Below the pieces are notes generated by a model that saw nothing but the letters and a program-made list of their open reading frames with translations, was not told the origin of the DNA and searched no databases. This document shows, one piece after another, positions 1 to 12,373 of a stretch of DNA of 64,000 nucleotides (the stretch's first letter is position 1; each line of letters starts with the position of its first letter). The stretch is from Hyphochytrium catenoides. Taxonomy: Eukaryota; Protista; Hyphochytriomycota. The translations under genes were made by a program, and so were the position numbers. The stretch lies in the NCBI GenBank assembly GCA_900088475.1, contig FLMG01000308.1, positions 15,557 to 79,556 on the forward strand. The letters run 5' to 3'.

Positions 1-3000
1 CTTTTTGCCGAAGAAGATGGCGCAGCTCTTCCCTCTCTTTCTCCTTCATCTGCATAAGAGAAAGGAGCTTCTCCTGCTCTTCACTCTTTCTCTGCAGCTC
101 TGCTCTAAAGAGATTATTATCTCTCTCAAACTCTGCCAGCGCTTGCTGCAAGAAAGAGTACTGCTGAGAAATGGAATTGAGCAGACTGTTCCTCTCTTCC
201 CGCTGCTTCTCGGCTTCCACTAGCTGCTGCCGTAAGGCTTCCTCTCTGAACTTCGCCTGCTGCAACTCGTGCTCCTTCTGCTCAAGAGCCGAACTTAGCT
301 TATCTTTTTCTTCCCGGATAGCACTAGAGGCGGTCTCCGAGAGGGCACACTGTTGTCTCAAGTTCTCCACTTCCGCTATTAACTCCTGAAGTTTGTCTTC
401 CTTTTCACTTAACAACGCCGATAAGTCGTGGCACTGTTGTTCAACTGCTTCTTTCTCTCTTCTGAGTCTCTCTTCCTCGTCTTCTGCTTGCATACGACGA
501 TAGGTCTCCTCCTGATAGGCAGCTTCCAGGCGTTGAAGGGTCGCCACTTCCTTGAGAAGCTTTGCCTTGGCGTCCCTCTCTTTAGAGATAGCGGAGAAGG
601 ATGCGGCCAACTCTCTCTCCAGTTCTTTCACCTGCATCTTCTGTCTATCAAGTTCTGCGGCCAGCCTATTGCTAAGATCCTTGCTTTTACCACGAGCTTC
701 ACCTAATTCTGACAATTGAGAATCCAGTCCCTGCACCTCAGCCGAAAATGCTGAAAGCATTCCTTCGAGCTCGGCTTTCTCTCGTTCTAGACGAAGGATA
801 TCTTCTTCTTTTTGCCTCGCGGCTGCCTGCGATTGTAAAAGCCTGCTTTCTCCCGTCTCCAATTCTAATCTGGTAGCTGCGAGCTTCGCGTTGATCCTGC
901 TGATCTCTTCCTCCTTTTCTCGGCATAATACCCTTAGGCTCTCTTTCTCACTTCTTTCTTTCTCAGTTTCATGCCTGAGGCTTTCTAGTTCCTTCTGCAA
1001 GGTTTTTGTCGTGAGCTCCTTTAGCTGCACCACTTCCGCACAAAGACGCCTATTGTCGGTTCTGAGAGAGGCCAAGAGCTCTTCAATGGCTTCAAACGGC
1101 TCCTCACTGACTTTGCTCTCTAAGCTCTGTAGGTGTGCACTAGCGTTCAAAGCGTTAAAGTCGAATGTTGAGACCGCCGCGTCAGGACCGAAGAAGGTGC
1201 CAAAGAGGGCGTTGGCATAAGCTTTGTTCTCTTTAAGTTGTTGCTGCAAAAATTTCAGGGTTTGCCGGAGGTGAGACAATGTGGCAGCGTGCTCTCGCTC
1301 CTTCTCTGCTTGAGCGACTCGGTCATCCTCTTTCTTGGCTCTCAGTTGTAGCAGCTCTGCCTCGTACTCCGCCTTTAAGGTGGACAAGCTAGAGGCATGT
1401 TCGCGCACACTGGCTTCTCTTTGCTGCTTGTTAGAAGGCCGCATACGGGAATTAAAAGAGACAAGAACATTAGTTCTGAAAGTGCAGTTAAGGCGCAGTC
1501 AATTCTTGCTTGCCTGCTGCAGAGTGTAGATCGCCTCCTCCTTCTCCTTAACTTGGCCTCTTAGCTCGCTTATTGTTCTTTCCAGGGCTCTAAGCTCAGC
1601 CTTGCTTTCCTGTATCAAGCAGATGTTAGTTGAGCTCATTTGCTTGAATGTGCTATCAACTCTCATGGTCCAGCCAACTTCAGAGATGCTTTCGATAGTC
1701 TCTGTACCTTTAGCTCCTCGTCTGGTTGGAGTGACATGGAAGACGCCTTCGAAGAACCGCGAAGCAGACGGAGCTGTCGCCTAAGGTCTTGCACCATGGT
1801 TTCCTTTTGGTGGCTAAGGTCTAGCAGTTCATCTTCAGCATTTCTTAGCGCTGTGGTCTTTTGGCGAAGCTCCTTCTCTTTGAGGGCCAACTGTAAGCGG
1901 AACGGTTAAAAGGGTTTGTACTGAATGACCAAGGAAATAATGGAGTGGACATGCGCACCTTGCTCTTCATGCCATTCAGCTCTACGGTGGCAGCCTCCAA
2001 CTGGTCTTTAAGTATTCTGGCCTCCTCGTCTAGCTCCCTCTCCCTTAGCCGCTGAGCGTCAATCAAACGTGGCCTCGCCGTGCTACCTGCACTCTCGAAC
2101 TCAGACAAAGTCCTTCTTGACTCCTCACTCTCTCTTTTTAAGGTTTCACACGTCTTTCGTAACGTGCCCTTTTCCTCTTTCCAATTGCGCTGCAACTCAC
2201 TTAGTTTGGCCTCCGTCGTGGCCAGAGAGGTTACCAGTCGCTCCTTTTCTGCTCTCTGGTGCATAAGTTCTCTCTCTGCATCTTGGCGTGCTAGTGTGAG
2301 AGTTTCCAAATGCTGCTTTTGATGGCGATGTTCTCTTTCAAGAGCCTCGTAGCGCAGCCTCCACTCCCGCTCCCGCTCTCTCTCTGCGGCAAAGGATAGC
2401 CGGTGCTCTTCGTCTAAGGCTTTCTGTGTGGCTAGACGGTCTTTCTCGTACTTCACAGCTTCATAGTCTCGTGTTAAAGTCCGAATGTTCTCCTTTTCCT
2501 TCTGTAAGTCAGCTTCCAGGGCTTTAATCCGCTCCTCCCTTCTACGCTTGAGATCCTCCAACTCCTCGCGCTCTCTTTCAAGGGCTCGGTTGGCTGACTC
2601 ATTTAGCTGACGCGACCTCTCTAATTCATCTCTCCACTTTTTTTTATCCCGTCGAAGTCCCTCCAGCTCCGCAATGTGAAGGTTCGACCTCGTCCTTGTG
2701 GCCTCTGCTTCCTCTTTTTCTCTTTGCAGCTCTCTTTTTAGTTGCAAGACCTCCTCCTCCTTTTCTGTGGCTAATTTTCTGGCAACAGCTAGGTCCGCAG
2801 TAAGGGTATCTAAAGAACGCTGCAGCTGTGAGATCCGGAGAGAAAGATCGGCCTGTTCCTTTTGACTCTCTCTTCTTTCGTCCTCCGCCTTCTTCAGCTC
2901 CTTTTTGAGCCTTTGCACTTCCATCTGCTGTTGTGAAAGGTCTGCCGTCAAGCTGCTGATGCGGTCGGAAGATATTTTTATACGTGTGCTCTCCCTTTTC

Positions 3001-5655
3001 TCCCGCTCCTCCAGGCCTTCTATTGTGGCAGATGCCGTCTGAAGGTCTGTCAAAGATGCCGAAAGTTGCGCGGAAAGCGACTTAACTTGTTCCCGAGCGA
3101 TCTGGCAATAAAAGATGAGACGGAAGTTCACATACAAGAGGTTAGACGGATTCCCGGGACAAAAACGCCAACACCAACTCAGCTAAGGAGCGTAGGGAAA
3201 AACCCAAGAGACAGTAGAGAGCAATAAAACTCTAAAGTTAACAGCATGGCAAATCGATGACAGACCTGTAGCTCCTGCTGCAATTGCGAGGCCTGTCTTT
3301 CCGATTTCGCATCTTTGTCCGACCTTAATCTCTGAAGCTCCGCCTCGTGAGCAGTAAGAAGCGTTCGTCGCTCCTGCTTGAGCCGAAAGACCTCTCCTTC
3401 CAGAGCAGGGAGCCGAACAAGCTAGGGGCAGAAGAGTAGGATGCCATATATCAGCATTGCCCCGTCATAAACACTTTCCCGAAGGACGATATGCGACTGA
3501 CGCTGCTAATCTTTTCAAACCTCTGAGCTACGTACCTTCAGCTCTTGCAGCTCCTGTTGAACTTCTCGAGCTTCTGCTTTTACTCTTCTCTGTTCGTCAA
3601 TGGCGTGCTCTGCCTCCCGCTTTGCGGCGTGGAGGACTTTTTGGGTCTCCGTCAAGGTATCTTCAAGGGAGCCCAGTTTCGTATCAGCATCCAACTTCTC
3701 TGCTAGGACTTTTTGGAGCCGAGTATTGATCTCATCCAGCTGAACGTGACGAGAGACAGTCAGGCTAAATATATCGAAACCCCCCACGCTCTCTACCACA
3801 TGCCCAGCCAATACCTTACCTCTATCTTAACTGCCTGGTGCTCTCTGCGCTCCCTGTCCATGTCTTCTCCAAGCCTCTGATAGTCACGAGTAAGGTCGGC
3901 GAGCTTCCTCTCAGTCTCAGCCTGAGCTTTTAGGGCTGTTTGCGATGTTGTTACTGATGGTTTTAGTGCAGCAATCTCCGCCTTCAGTTGTACGATACAC
4001 TGGAAAGGAATGAATAAGAAGAAAAGGAAAAGATGAGGCCTCTCCCTGCGTTATACCTCGATATATCCTCTTACCTCCTTGTATTGAATGCACTGCGTCT
4101 CCAGGTTCTTACGTTCTACAGCCATACTTTCACTCTCTGACTGAACTTGCTGCAGTTCTTTTTTGACATGTTGAAGCTGCGTTTCTAAAGATGAGGCCAA
4201 AAGGGCAGACCTCGCATCGTTCTCATTTATTTTCTGTCTGAGTTCTCTAAGCTCTTCCTGAGCTCTATCATGCAGCTCTCTCTGCATCTGCTTAGCTTCA
4301 GCCGAGCTTTGGGCACTTCTTTTCAGCTGCTGCAGCTCTACTTTCAGAGCTTTGTTTTCGGTCTGCGCATTAGACAGTTGGTCCTAGGTCCAGGACATGT
4401 TAGACTGTGGCTAGTGCTAGTATAAGACACACAGACCTCTTAAGCGCTTACCTTAACAAGAGCACACTCTTCTTCAGCCTCTTGAACCATGGTTTTCATT
4501 CTTGCTTTGAGCGCGTCCAAGCTCTGAGCGTGATGCTTTTCTCTCTGTTCAAGGACTTCAGCCGAACTACGTGCAAGTTCCTCCTGGGCTTCTTCCAGAG
4601 CCCGCTGACGAGTTTTTAGCTCTTTATTCTCAAGCTCTAATGCTGCTACGGAGCTCTGCAGAATGTCGCAGCTCTCCCTCTGTTGGCTTAGTTCCTCCGT
4701 CACCTGCTTGTGACGGTTAAGTAGTGACTGGTACTCCACTTTCTCCTTTGCTGCCAACGAGTTAGCGCGGTCTAAAAGGTCCTGTAGTCTTTGAGATTCA
4801 GCGGTCAGCTGCCCCTTGCCCTTCTCCACCTCCAGCGCTTTCAACTCTACATCCGCAATCTGTTTCTGTAGCGAGGCATGGAGTTCCCTCATCTCCNNNN
4901 NNNNNNNNNNNNNNNNNNNNNNNNNNNNNNNNNNNNNNNNNCGCTTCCGTAAGCTCGTGCAGCTGGTGGTTGAGGTCCCGAACATGCGCGTTGGTCTGTT
5001 CCCTTTGCTTCTCTATCAACCGTTTGTCGGACTGCAAGGATTGGATAAGGGCATTCAGCTCCTGCAATTGCTGCTGGATTTCCCCATCACTGGCCGTTGA
5101 TAGGTTGCTAGCTGCTTTTGATGAAAGCCTTTGCATTGATGGCTGGGTCATAGGAAGTGAGGAGGATATAACGTCTGGAGACGGAGGCACTAGGGCAGCC
5201 CTGACTGAGCCAGAAGTGCCATTATCTTGCTTGGCTTGACTGTGAGCAAGTAGCAGCTTGAGCTGAGCAATCTCGTTATTACGTCGGAGCTCGCGCTCCC
5301 GAAGAGACTTCACTTGAGCTGCAAGTGCTTCAATTGTGCCCTCTTTGTCACTCGCAACTTGCGTCTGCAATTTGCCAAAGACATCTTCGTCTTTCGACTC
5401 TTTCGCTACAGGTGAAATTTCCGTAAGCCTGAAGGAAACCTTCTTTTGGTCCTGCAAAGACAACACCGAAACATGTGTCAGTCTGACTGCTGCCTGGAAA
5501 AGAGACAATGCAAAGAAACGGGATTCGCTTACCGGAGTCAAAAAGCTCATTTTTGAGAACTCAGTCGTAAGGCAGCCTTCTGAGGCTGCTGATGTATCAG
5601 GAGTGACTTGAAGCGCCCTGGCTGGTGCCCTTCGCTCACCCTGAAAGCTCATCAT
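1..5655 (-). CDS. Large multi-exon coiled-coil protein; 3' end runs off the window, and the 5' end may extend to an exon at about 5896-6063
   Basis: Successive E/K/R/Q/L-rich heptad ORFs (4798-5655, 4440-4985, 4051-4287, 3515-3811, 1845-3137, 1663-1890), plus a reading frame from about 1425 toward position 1 (QREASVREHASSLSTLKAEYEAELLQLRAKK...), separated by GT-AG introns. Contains an N gap. No specific domain recognised. Confidence 0.8.
4897..4941. other. Assembly gap (N run)
   Basis: Run of n characters inside a coiled-coil exon; the reading frame differs on the two sides. Confidence 0.98.
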
Positions 5656-6612
5656 TCCCCTTCGCTAGGCCTCTTGGGCTTTACTATAGCGGCTTCGGCC
5701 CTTATGACTCTCCGGTGTTAGAGCTAACGCACTATGACCAGAGTCCTGCATGATGACTGGACTTTCTCACAGATGAAGAACCAACCGAGGGAAGCATAAT
5801 AAGTGCTTGTGTACTCCGCTCTAGGGAACCTGAAGCATCAGGAGAGAAATAGCGAGCGGTCGTCTACTCGCTGCCAAAAACAATAGATAACTGACACGGA
5901 GAGTCTCCTTTGGAAGTGCAGATGGAGATTTTAGGCCAATGTCAGCGGTCTTTAGAGCTGCCAGCGTCTGGAGGAGATTTCCGTCAGGAATCGGATCGCC
6001 GCCGTTTGAATTCACGTTTGCGCGGGAAACAGGTGCTCTCAAGAATTGGAAAAGGTCATACATAATACCAGTGCCGGTTAGGAATGGCCCAGCTTGTTTG
6101 GAGGGTCTGTGCATAGATACTGATACTGTATGTACAGTTTACGCTGTCATAATCATACAACCCCACGTACGTCGTACGTACAAGGGCACAGTTGTGAAGT
6201 ACAAGTACAACCCTTTGCAAGTTTACAGGAGTATATTCTGCAGAATAGCGTTCATATCGACAATAGGCTAATGCCTCTTATTCGTGATGAAATAAACTCT
6301 ATGACGTAACCTAAGGAGGCTTATCCGCGATACGACTCGCCAGTCTGCATGGTTGTGTGTGAGTTGATGGCTGATGGTGTTCCCTCTCACAGACTCAAGC
6401 TTCTGACCGATCGCAACCGGAAGTAGAGATCCCTTGCAAGAACGTCTGAGCTTCATCGGCATCTGCAGACGGAGATCCGCAAGGAAGGTCATATGGATGC
6501 CTGCTTACTCTCCTTGTAGTAGGCCATCAACCAGATAGAGACGAATAAGTATCTTACCCGCCTTTAAGTGTATCAAAGAGGTGGAGGAGGCTGCCAAAGG
6601 CGACAGGGGACA

Positions 6613-7494
6613 ATGGCAGGAGGGCGGGTCCGCAGACTACTGAAAGTGACCAGAAGCAGAGGCAGAAAGGGCTGGGGATGGTTTCACAAAGCGCTTAAAG
6701 AGCGAGAGGTAAGACTGTCCAATCTGCTAAAAGCTTCCTCGGCAATAAAACTCTTTGGGAAAACATCAAACTATCACAAATCATCAGGCCGGTGTAGAGC
6801 CCCTTCCTCCATATGACTATGCGGCACAAGCTGTAGGATTGACCGGTGGCACCAGAAAGGCCTTCTTCAAGGTACACAATGTGCTCCTGGGGCAAGGTCA
6901 GACGGACTGATAACACTCTGCCAAATTCATTGTAGCTCGCAGTGGACGAGGAAGAGATAGGAGACATTTGGTTTGATCTTCGCGACGACGTGACTCCGTT
7001 AACAGTTGAAAACTTTGCTCGGCTATGTACTGGCAAGAATGACGTAAGTGCTTCAGACAATCTCAAGGTGGTGACGCCCTTCTGAATATCTTGACTAAGT
7101 TTACGTCCTTCCCGAAAACCTGCAGCGGAAGCTGACCTATAAGGGAACTCTTATCTCTCAAGTAGTGAAAAACAGGCTCATCAGTGGAGGGGACGTGTCA
7201 GGTGATGGGCTTCGAGGCGGTATATCAGCACTAGAAAACAGATACTTCAAAGACGAAAACTTTGTCTTACGACACAACGAGCCTGGAGTGCTCAGCATGG
7301 CACCAATAGGAACTGACCTCAACGGCTCCCAGTTTCTGATCACCACGGCTCCTCAGCCACATTTGAATGGGACGAACGTGGTCTTTGGGAAAGTCTCAAG
7401 TGGCATGGATGTGCTCAAAAAGATTGAGAATGTGTTTTCCACCAAAGGGCGGCCCGTCAGTCCGATTTGCATTGTGGACTGCGGTGCAGATTAA
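6613..7494 (+). CDS. Cyclophilin-like protein (degenerate PPIase active site), 4 exons
   Basis: Exons 6613-6708, 6788-6871, about 6935-7043 and 7126-7494 with GT-AG junctions give MAGGRVRRLLKVTRSRGRKGWGWFHK...KAFFKLAVDEEEIGDIWFDLRDDVTPLTVENFARLCTG...YKG...GGD...FKDENF...PGVLSMA...NGSQF...VVFGKV..GMDVLKKIE...IVDCG. Confidence 0.9.
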
Positions 7495-7665
7495 TTTATA
7501 TGGCAAACATCAACCCAGGCAAGCGGCTGCCTAGCCCTGTAGAGGTGTCACACCGCTGCCAGGCTGTCTGTTCATACCCAAATGAAATAAATACTGGAGG
7601 TGTGCTCATACATGCAGTAGGAATAGCTCGTCATCAGAAGAAGGGGGAAGAGGTGAGCAAAAGCT

Positions 7666-9308
7666 CTACTGGGGACTGATAAGGTCGTCTTCCTCCACGC
7701 TCCAAGCGACGGGGGATAAGGGAGGGGTAAGGGGCCGTCCAGATGTCGTTTCCTGCTTGTCCCATGCCTGCGCATCCCAGGGTTCTGATCCCCGCAAGTG
7801 ATCGAACGCCCGCGACGAAGCTGAACGTGTAGCTAATGGACTTCCTCTGGTTGAAGAGTCTGTTGGCGATAAGCTGCCTTCTGACTCTCGAGGCGTAGCA
7901 GGTGTGGGATCTGTCGCCACAAGTGCCGCAGCTACCGAAGCGGCCAGCTGGTCCTCGTCTAAAGTCGATGGCGTCTCACGCACTAATGGCAGCTTCCTAT
8001 GTGCCCTTTCTTCTTCCTCTTGCAACGACTGCTTTAGCAATTGCTCTACCTCCCACACGCTGTTCGTACGATAAGTTCTAGAAAAGCATTCTTGATATCC
8101 AGGATGACGGCGCAACTGGCTACTTTCTCTGACTCCGATGATAGTCTAGAGTCCGACCAGACAGGGATTACAAAGCCGCATTAGAAATTGCGAACAATGT
8201 GAATGCAACAGCCAATCGAGCTTCTCACCTTTTCCTGGTCATACTCTAGGTCGCAGGCTGCCTTCAGGTAGAACTTGCCCTCTCCATTGTTCTCCAGGAC
8301 GAGAAATTCACAGTTGCGCAGGTTGTCTAACTGCTCGAACTCATCCACTGTCCGCTTGAAGAATCTCATCCAGAACACGCGGATAGCGAGCCCATGTGTG
8401 ACTAAGACATAATTGTCGGCAGGCCGAGTCTCAAACATCCTCCAAAGAGATTCTAAGAAGGAGGACACTCGATCATAGACGTCGCTACTGCTCTCGCCAT
8501 GTGGAAAGCTGAGAGGATGATATTAGACAATGTGGCTCTATTCCATCAAACGGCCGGCAGAGGTAAGGCTCGAAGGACATTACCGGTAATAGAAGGAGCC
8601 ATATTTTCTCCTCTCTTTCTTGAGCTTCGGCATTAGTGCTGGATCCTGGAAATTTCCAAAGTCCTGTTCTCGAATACGCGGCTCTTCGACCCACTGTACA
8701 TCATGCTTGTCCAAGTCCAATGAGTACATCAAACCTTCCATTGTCTCCATGGTACGCACGTATGGCGATACAATGAACCGCTGCACCACGCCATTATCAG
8801 AAAACAAGCAAAAAGATGAAACTCCATCGCCTGAGACCAGCTCTGAATGGGGTGAAACGACCTACCACACTCTCGCCGCGAATGAAGCGCTCCTTTATAT
8901 ACCTCCCCGCAGCACGGGCTTGACGCCATCCCAGGTCCGTGAGATGAAGCTGAGAGTCAGGAGTATCGGCATAGAGGTTGGGATCGATGTTTCCTTCAGA
9001 TTGGCCATGTCGGACAAGGATCAGTCGGTTGGGTATGTACTGCCAGACACACGACGGGTCAGAACGACACACAAGGCTCGAATGCTCTCCCATGTCACAC
9101 GCACCTGCTTCCGTTTATTAAGCAGCTTCTGGACCCGGCAGCTTCTGACTTTGCGCCTCGCTAGTATGAAGTAGGATTGTGTGGCTATTATCCCACAGAG
9201 GAATGGAACAAGGTACTGACGAAGGACCTGGAAAGCCCAGAAGATAGAGGAGGGCTCTTCTCGCTGATCAGACAGACACCGATCAATTCCTGGCGATGGG
9301 ATATCCAT
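7666..9308 (-). CDS. Histidine phosphatase superfamily (phosphoglycerate mutase-like) protein, multi-exon
   Basis: Spliced product contains RLILVRHGQSEGN, LTDLGWRQA, VSPYVRT, EPRIREQDFGNFQ, FYYR..GES and LVTHG..IRVF, plus an N-terminal hydrophobic segment. Intron 9040-9104 is GT-AG. Confidence 0.88.
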
Positions 9309-11257
9309 GTATTGTTCTCCTAGGTCAGCTGGTCTCACAAGAAGCACCTCTCGCTAACTTCCTCTCAACCACAAAGTTTTCCTTCAAATGCGGTGATACA
9401 ATGCAATAAAGGCATATCATCAACAGCTTCACGTTGGCAACCTACCAGCACCACACCTCCGGCATCCACCTCTCTGAGGCAGAAGAGCTTATTCAGTAAA
9501 AAGGGCACTAGCTTTCCCTTGCGCACTACCGTGGCCTGCGACTACGGAGAGTAGAAGTGCACCGTCCAGACTGCTTCAGCTCATGCAGGGAAGCCATAAG
9601 AAAGTGGTCAGGTTCGAAGCCCAGTTCTTATGACTTCCCTCAAGGCAGAAAGCCAATAAATACCTGCGACTTTTCCCTGCGCTCTCCTCTGGGTTTTCAT
9701 TGATTGTTTACAAGGAAGGCCCTTGTACAGCACAACACACACCCGAACGCCAAATATAGCCGCTAACGCCGCTATTCTTGCCGGTGAACGTTATTTCATA
9801 AATAATAATTAAATAATGTTGATGACTTCCCTAGGTTTTCTCTCTCTTTCTTTTTCTCCTCTGATCATCATCTTCATCCCACCAGCACACTAGATCATAA
9901 AGAGGGGAGATATTCTATGATAATAAGAATGATGATCCTCTGAACAAGATCATCATGCTTCCGTCATTCAATTGTACTGGTCAGGCATCCACTTGGTTGA
10001 CGGAGATTATTAAAAAATGATAGACAGGATGATGATGATGACAATGCTAGCTGATGATGGACTCCTCCTCCACCACCACGCAGTTCACGTCGTAGATGAA
10101 GAATGCCTGGGTGTGCTTCGTATACATAAACCGCCAGCTGGTGGCGGAAGGTCAGGACTATATTGACATGACTGGCCAGCACCTGGCCACTATAATAATT
10201 AACAAGAAGAACAACGACTGATCTCAAAGGTGCTTGTTTTCTCGTTTAACAAAGGTTGGAAATAAGTGTTTGCCATGCTAACCTATGGTGCTTAAGAAGC
10301 AACGGCCTGAGTGCTGCTCGAAGAAGGTACACACTTTTCTTGGCCCTCCTGGTACCTTCTTCTCCTTTCAGCGTCCATCAACTCCTCCGCCCGCAGAATG
10401 TATAGTAGTCCTCAGTCTCTCTCTTGTAGGCTAACAGAAAGGTTCTTACTCTCTACATAGTGTATGCGTAGGATCAGTGGCAGTATGTCCATGTCTCACC
10501 AGGAAGAGGCCATTTCTTTTGGGGCCTTCATCGACATAGCTACTGCCGTGCGGTCTCTAGTGGTAGGGCACCCGCGGCGCCAGGTAGGGCATTTATTTGA
10601 TTTCACGATAAAGGAGTAGTGGATAATCCACAGAGTAACGATAGTTGATGGCAGAGTTCAGAATTATCTGTTTAGCAGCAGAAGAGCAGAAAGGATGCAG
10701 CATCAACGAAAAAAGAGGATATCCTATCATCAACTGCTGAATATCCAGACGGCAGCAGCAGCAGCTTCTTTGGTCCCTTTCTCCTATCCCTATGCTTGGC
10801 ATCACTTACCACTACTGAGCAGGACGACAGAGCTCTTATAATAACTGCCTTCAGTAGCTAGAGTTATCAGTATGATCTTGCTCTTCCTTATTCTTCTCAA
10901 GGTGATGGAGCGGCAGTGGAGCAGCATAATAGATTTACGTTAACGAACAAGTTTGCCTCGAGATGAGGCGCCAACATCTACAACAGCAGCAGCAAGAAAG
11001 GCAAGGATGCTTATCGGATGTCCTTCTCTATCCCCAGCCGCTTCAAGGAACCTCGCTCTCGCTCAGTACGGCAGTGCACCACCCAGTGCAGGGGAAGGAT
11101 GATTGAGACGATGCTTATACTTTTTGTGTTGCTGCAGAGGAGAGTGGCTTCGCTCCTCCGCTTTGCTCCTCGGCCACCAGCCATCACATGCATCCTGTAG
11201 CCAACCGGAGATGATGATAGTTGGATGATGATACAGTCGTAAGCTTGTTTAAAGAAG

Positions 11258-11295
11258 AGGAAAGCGGCTGCACTAGAGGAAAGCGGCTGCACTAG
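11258..11295. repeat. 19-bp direct tandem repeat (AGGAAAGCGGCTGCACTAG x2)
   Basis: Two adjacent identical copies read directly from the sequence. Confidence 0.85.
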
Positions 11296-11557
11296 ATGGG
11301 CCGGAGTGACGGTGTCTCTAGATAGGAGGAAGTCTAATAGAGTAAATGCACTTCTCACAAGCAGTATCTTCTTTCCAAGATCACTGCAGAGGGCCCTTTC
11401 CTGTGAATCAGATTCTCTCTTTACAATCGCCAATAGAAGTAGTAATGAAGTACGATATATAATAATCGAGTTTAGGGGGAAGTTAACAATAGTATGTCCT
11501 GGTGTATCGACTCTGTCTCACAAGAACTTCATAAAAGGCAAGTAGCTTGTACTCACA

Positions 11558-11905
11558 AGAGACAGAGACATACCAGAGGAAGAAAGAGCGAGACAGAGTA
11601 GATACGCAACAAGATAGAGAGAACGAGACAGAACAGAGAAAGAGAGTGAGAGAACGAGACAGAGCGGTAGTAGATAGAGAAGGTGATTCTAGGGGAGAGA
11701 TAAAGACAGAGAAAGAGAGAGGCAGCAGTAAAGATGTATATATAAATATATACACAGACAGAGAGAGAGCGACGGGGNNNNNNNNNNNNNNNNNNNNNNN
11801 NNNNNNNNNNNNNNNNNNNNNNNNNNNNNNNNNNNNNNNNNNNNNNNNNNNNNNNNNNNNNNNNNNNGAGAGAGAGCGCGAGCAAGTTGTAGCAAGGGAG
11901 AGAAA
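11558..11905. repeat. GA-rich low-complexity tract containing an assembly gap (11778-11867)
   Basis: Imperfect (GA)n/(GACA)n run upstream of the CHD1-like gene. Confidence 0.85.
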
Positions 11906-12373
11906 GTGCAACAGACGATATAAAGCTAGCAGCTTCATCTCTCGCCCGAGCTCCGCTCCGCCGCCAGAGCTTTAATGTCCTGCTGGCGATGGCGATGGCC
12001 CTGCGCAGCAACACAGCAGGAGTAAAATTATAGGGGAGCGCTGTAGGTAGAGGCTCTCTTCCCACTGCTGAGCGCCTGCTCGGCCTCGACGGCCGCCAGC
12101 TTTTCCTTATCTGTTAGCACCAGAAGGATTGGGAGGCTTGGCTATGAGGTTTGCGCCGCACAGAGAAGCTCGAGCCTTCAAGACTCTTCAGTAACAAGGC
12201 TGTACCGGGTGTCCTCCAGTCCTACTGTCATTTGCGCCAACCCAGCTCGGTGTATTCTTTGAGCTGAGCCAACCAGACCGCCAGCCTCAAGCCGTTCAAT
12301 GTAGAACGTCTGAGAAAGCACCGTTGCCCTTTGCCTTACCCTCGGTAAGAGGAAGAGGCCACCCGTAGGCGCA

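Noticed and set aside
4798-4985. Apparent frameshift in the coiled-coil gene
   Set aside because: It coincides with the N gap, whose length is only an estimate.
9569-9630. tRNA/SINE-like B box (GGTTCGAAGCCC) with a weak A-box-like TCAGCTCA upstream
   Set aside because: The T stem does not pair and I could not fold a cloverleaf; tRNAscan-SE would settle it.
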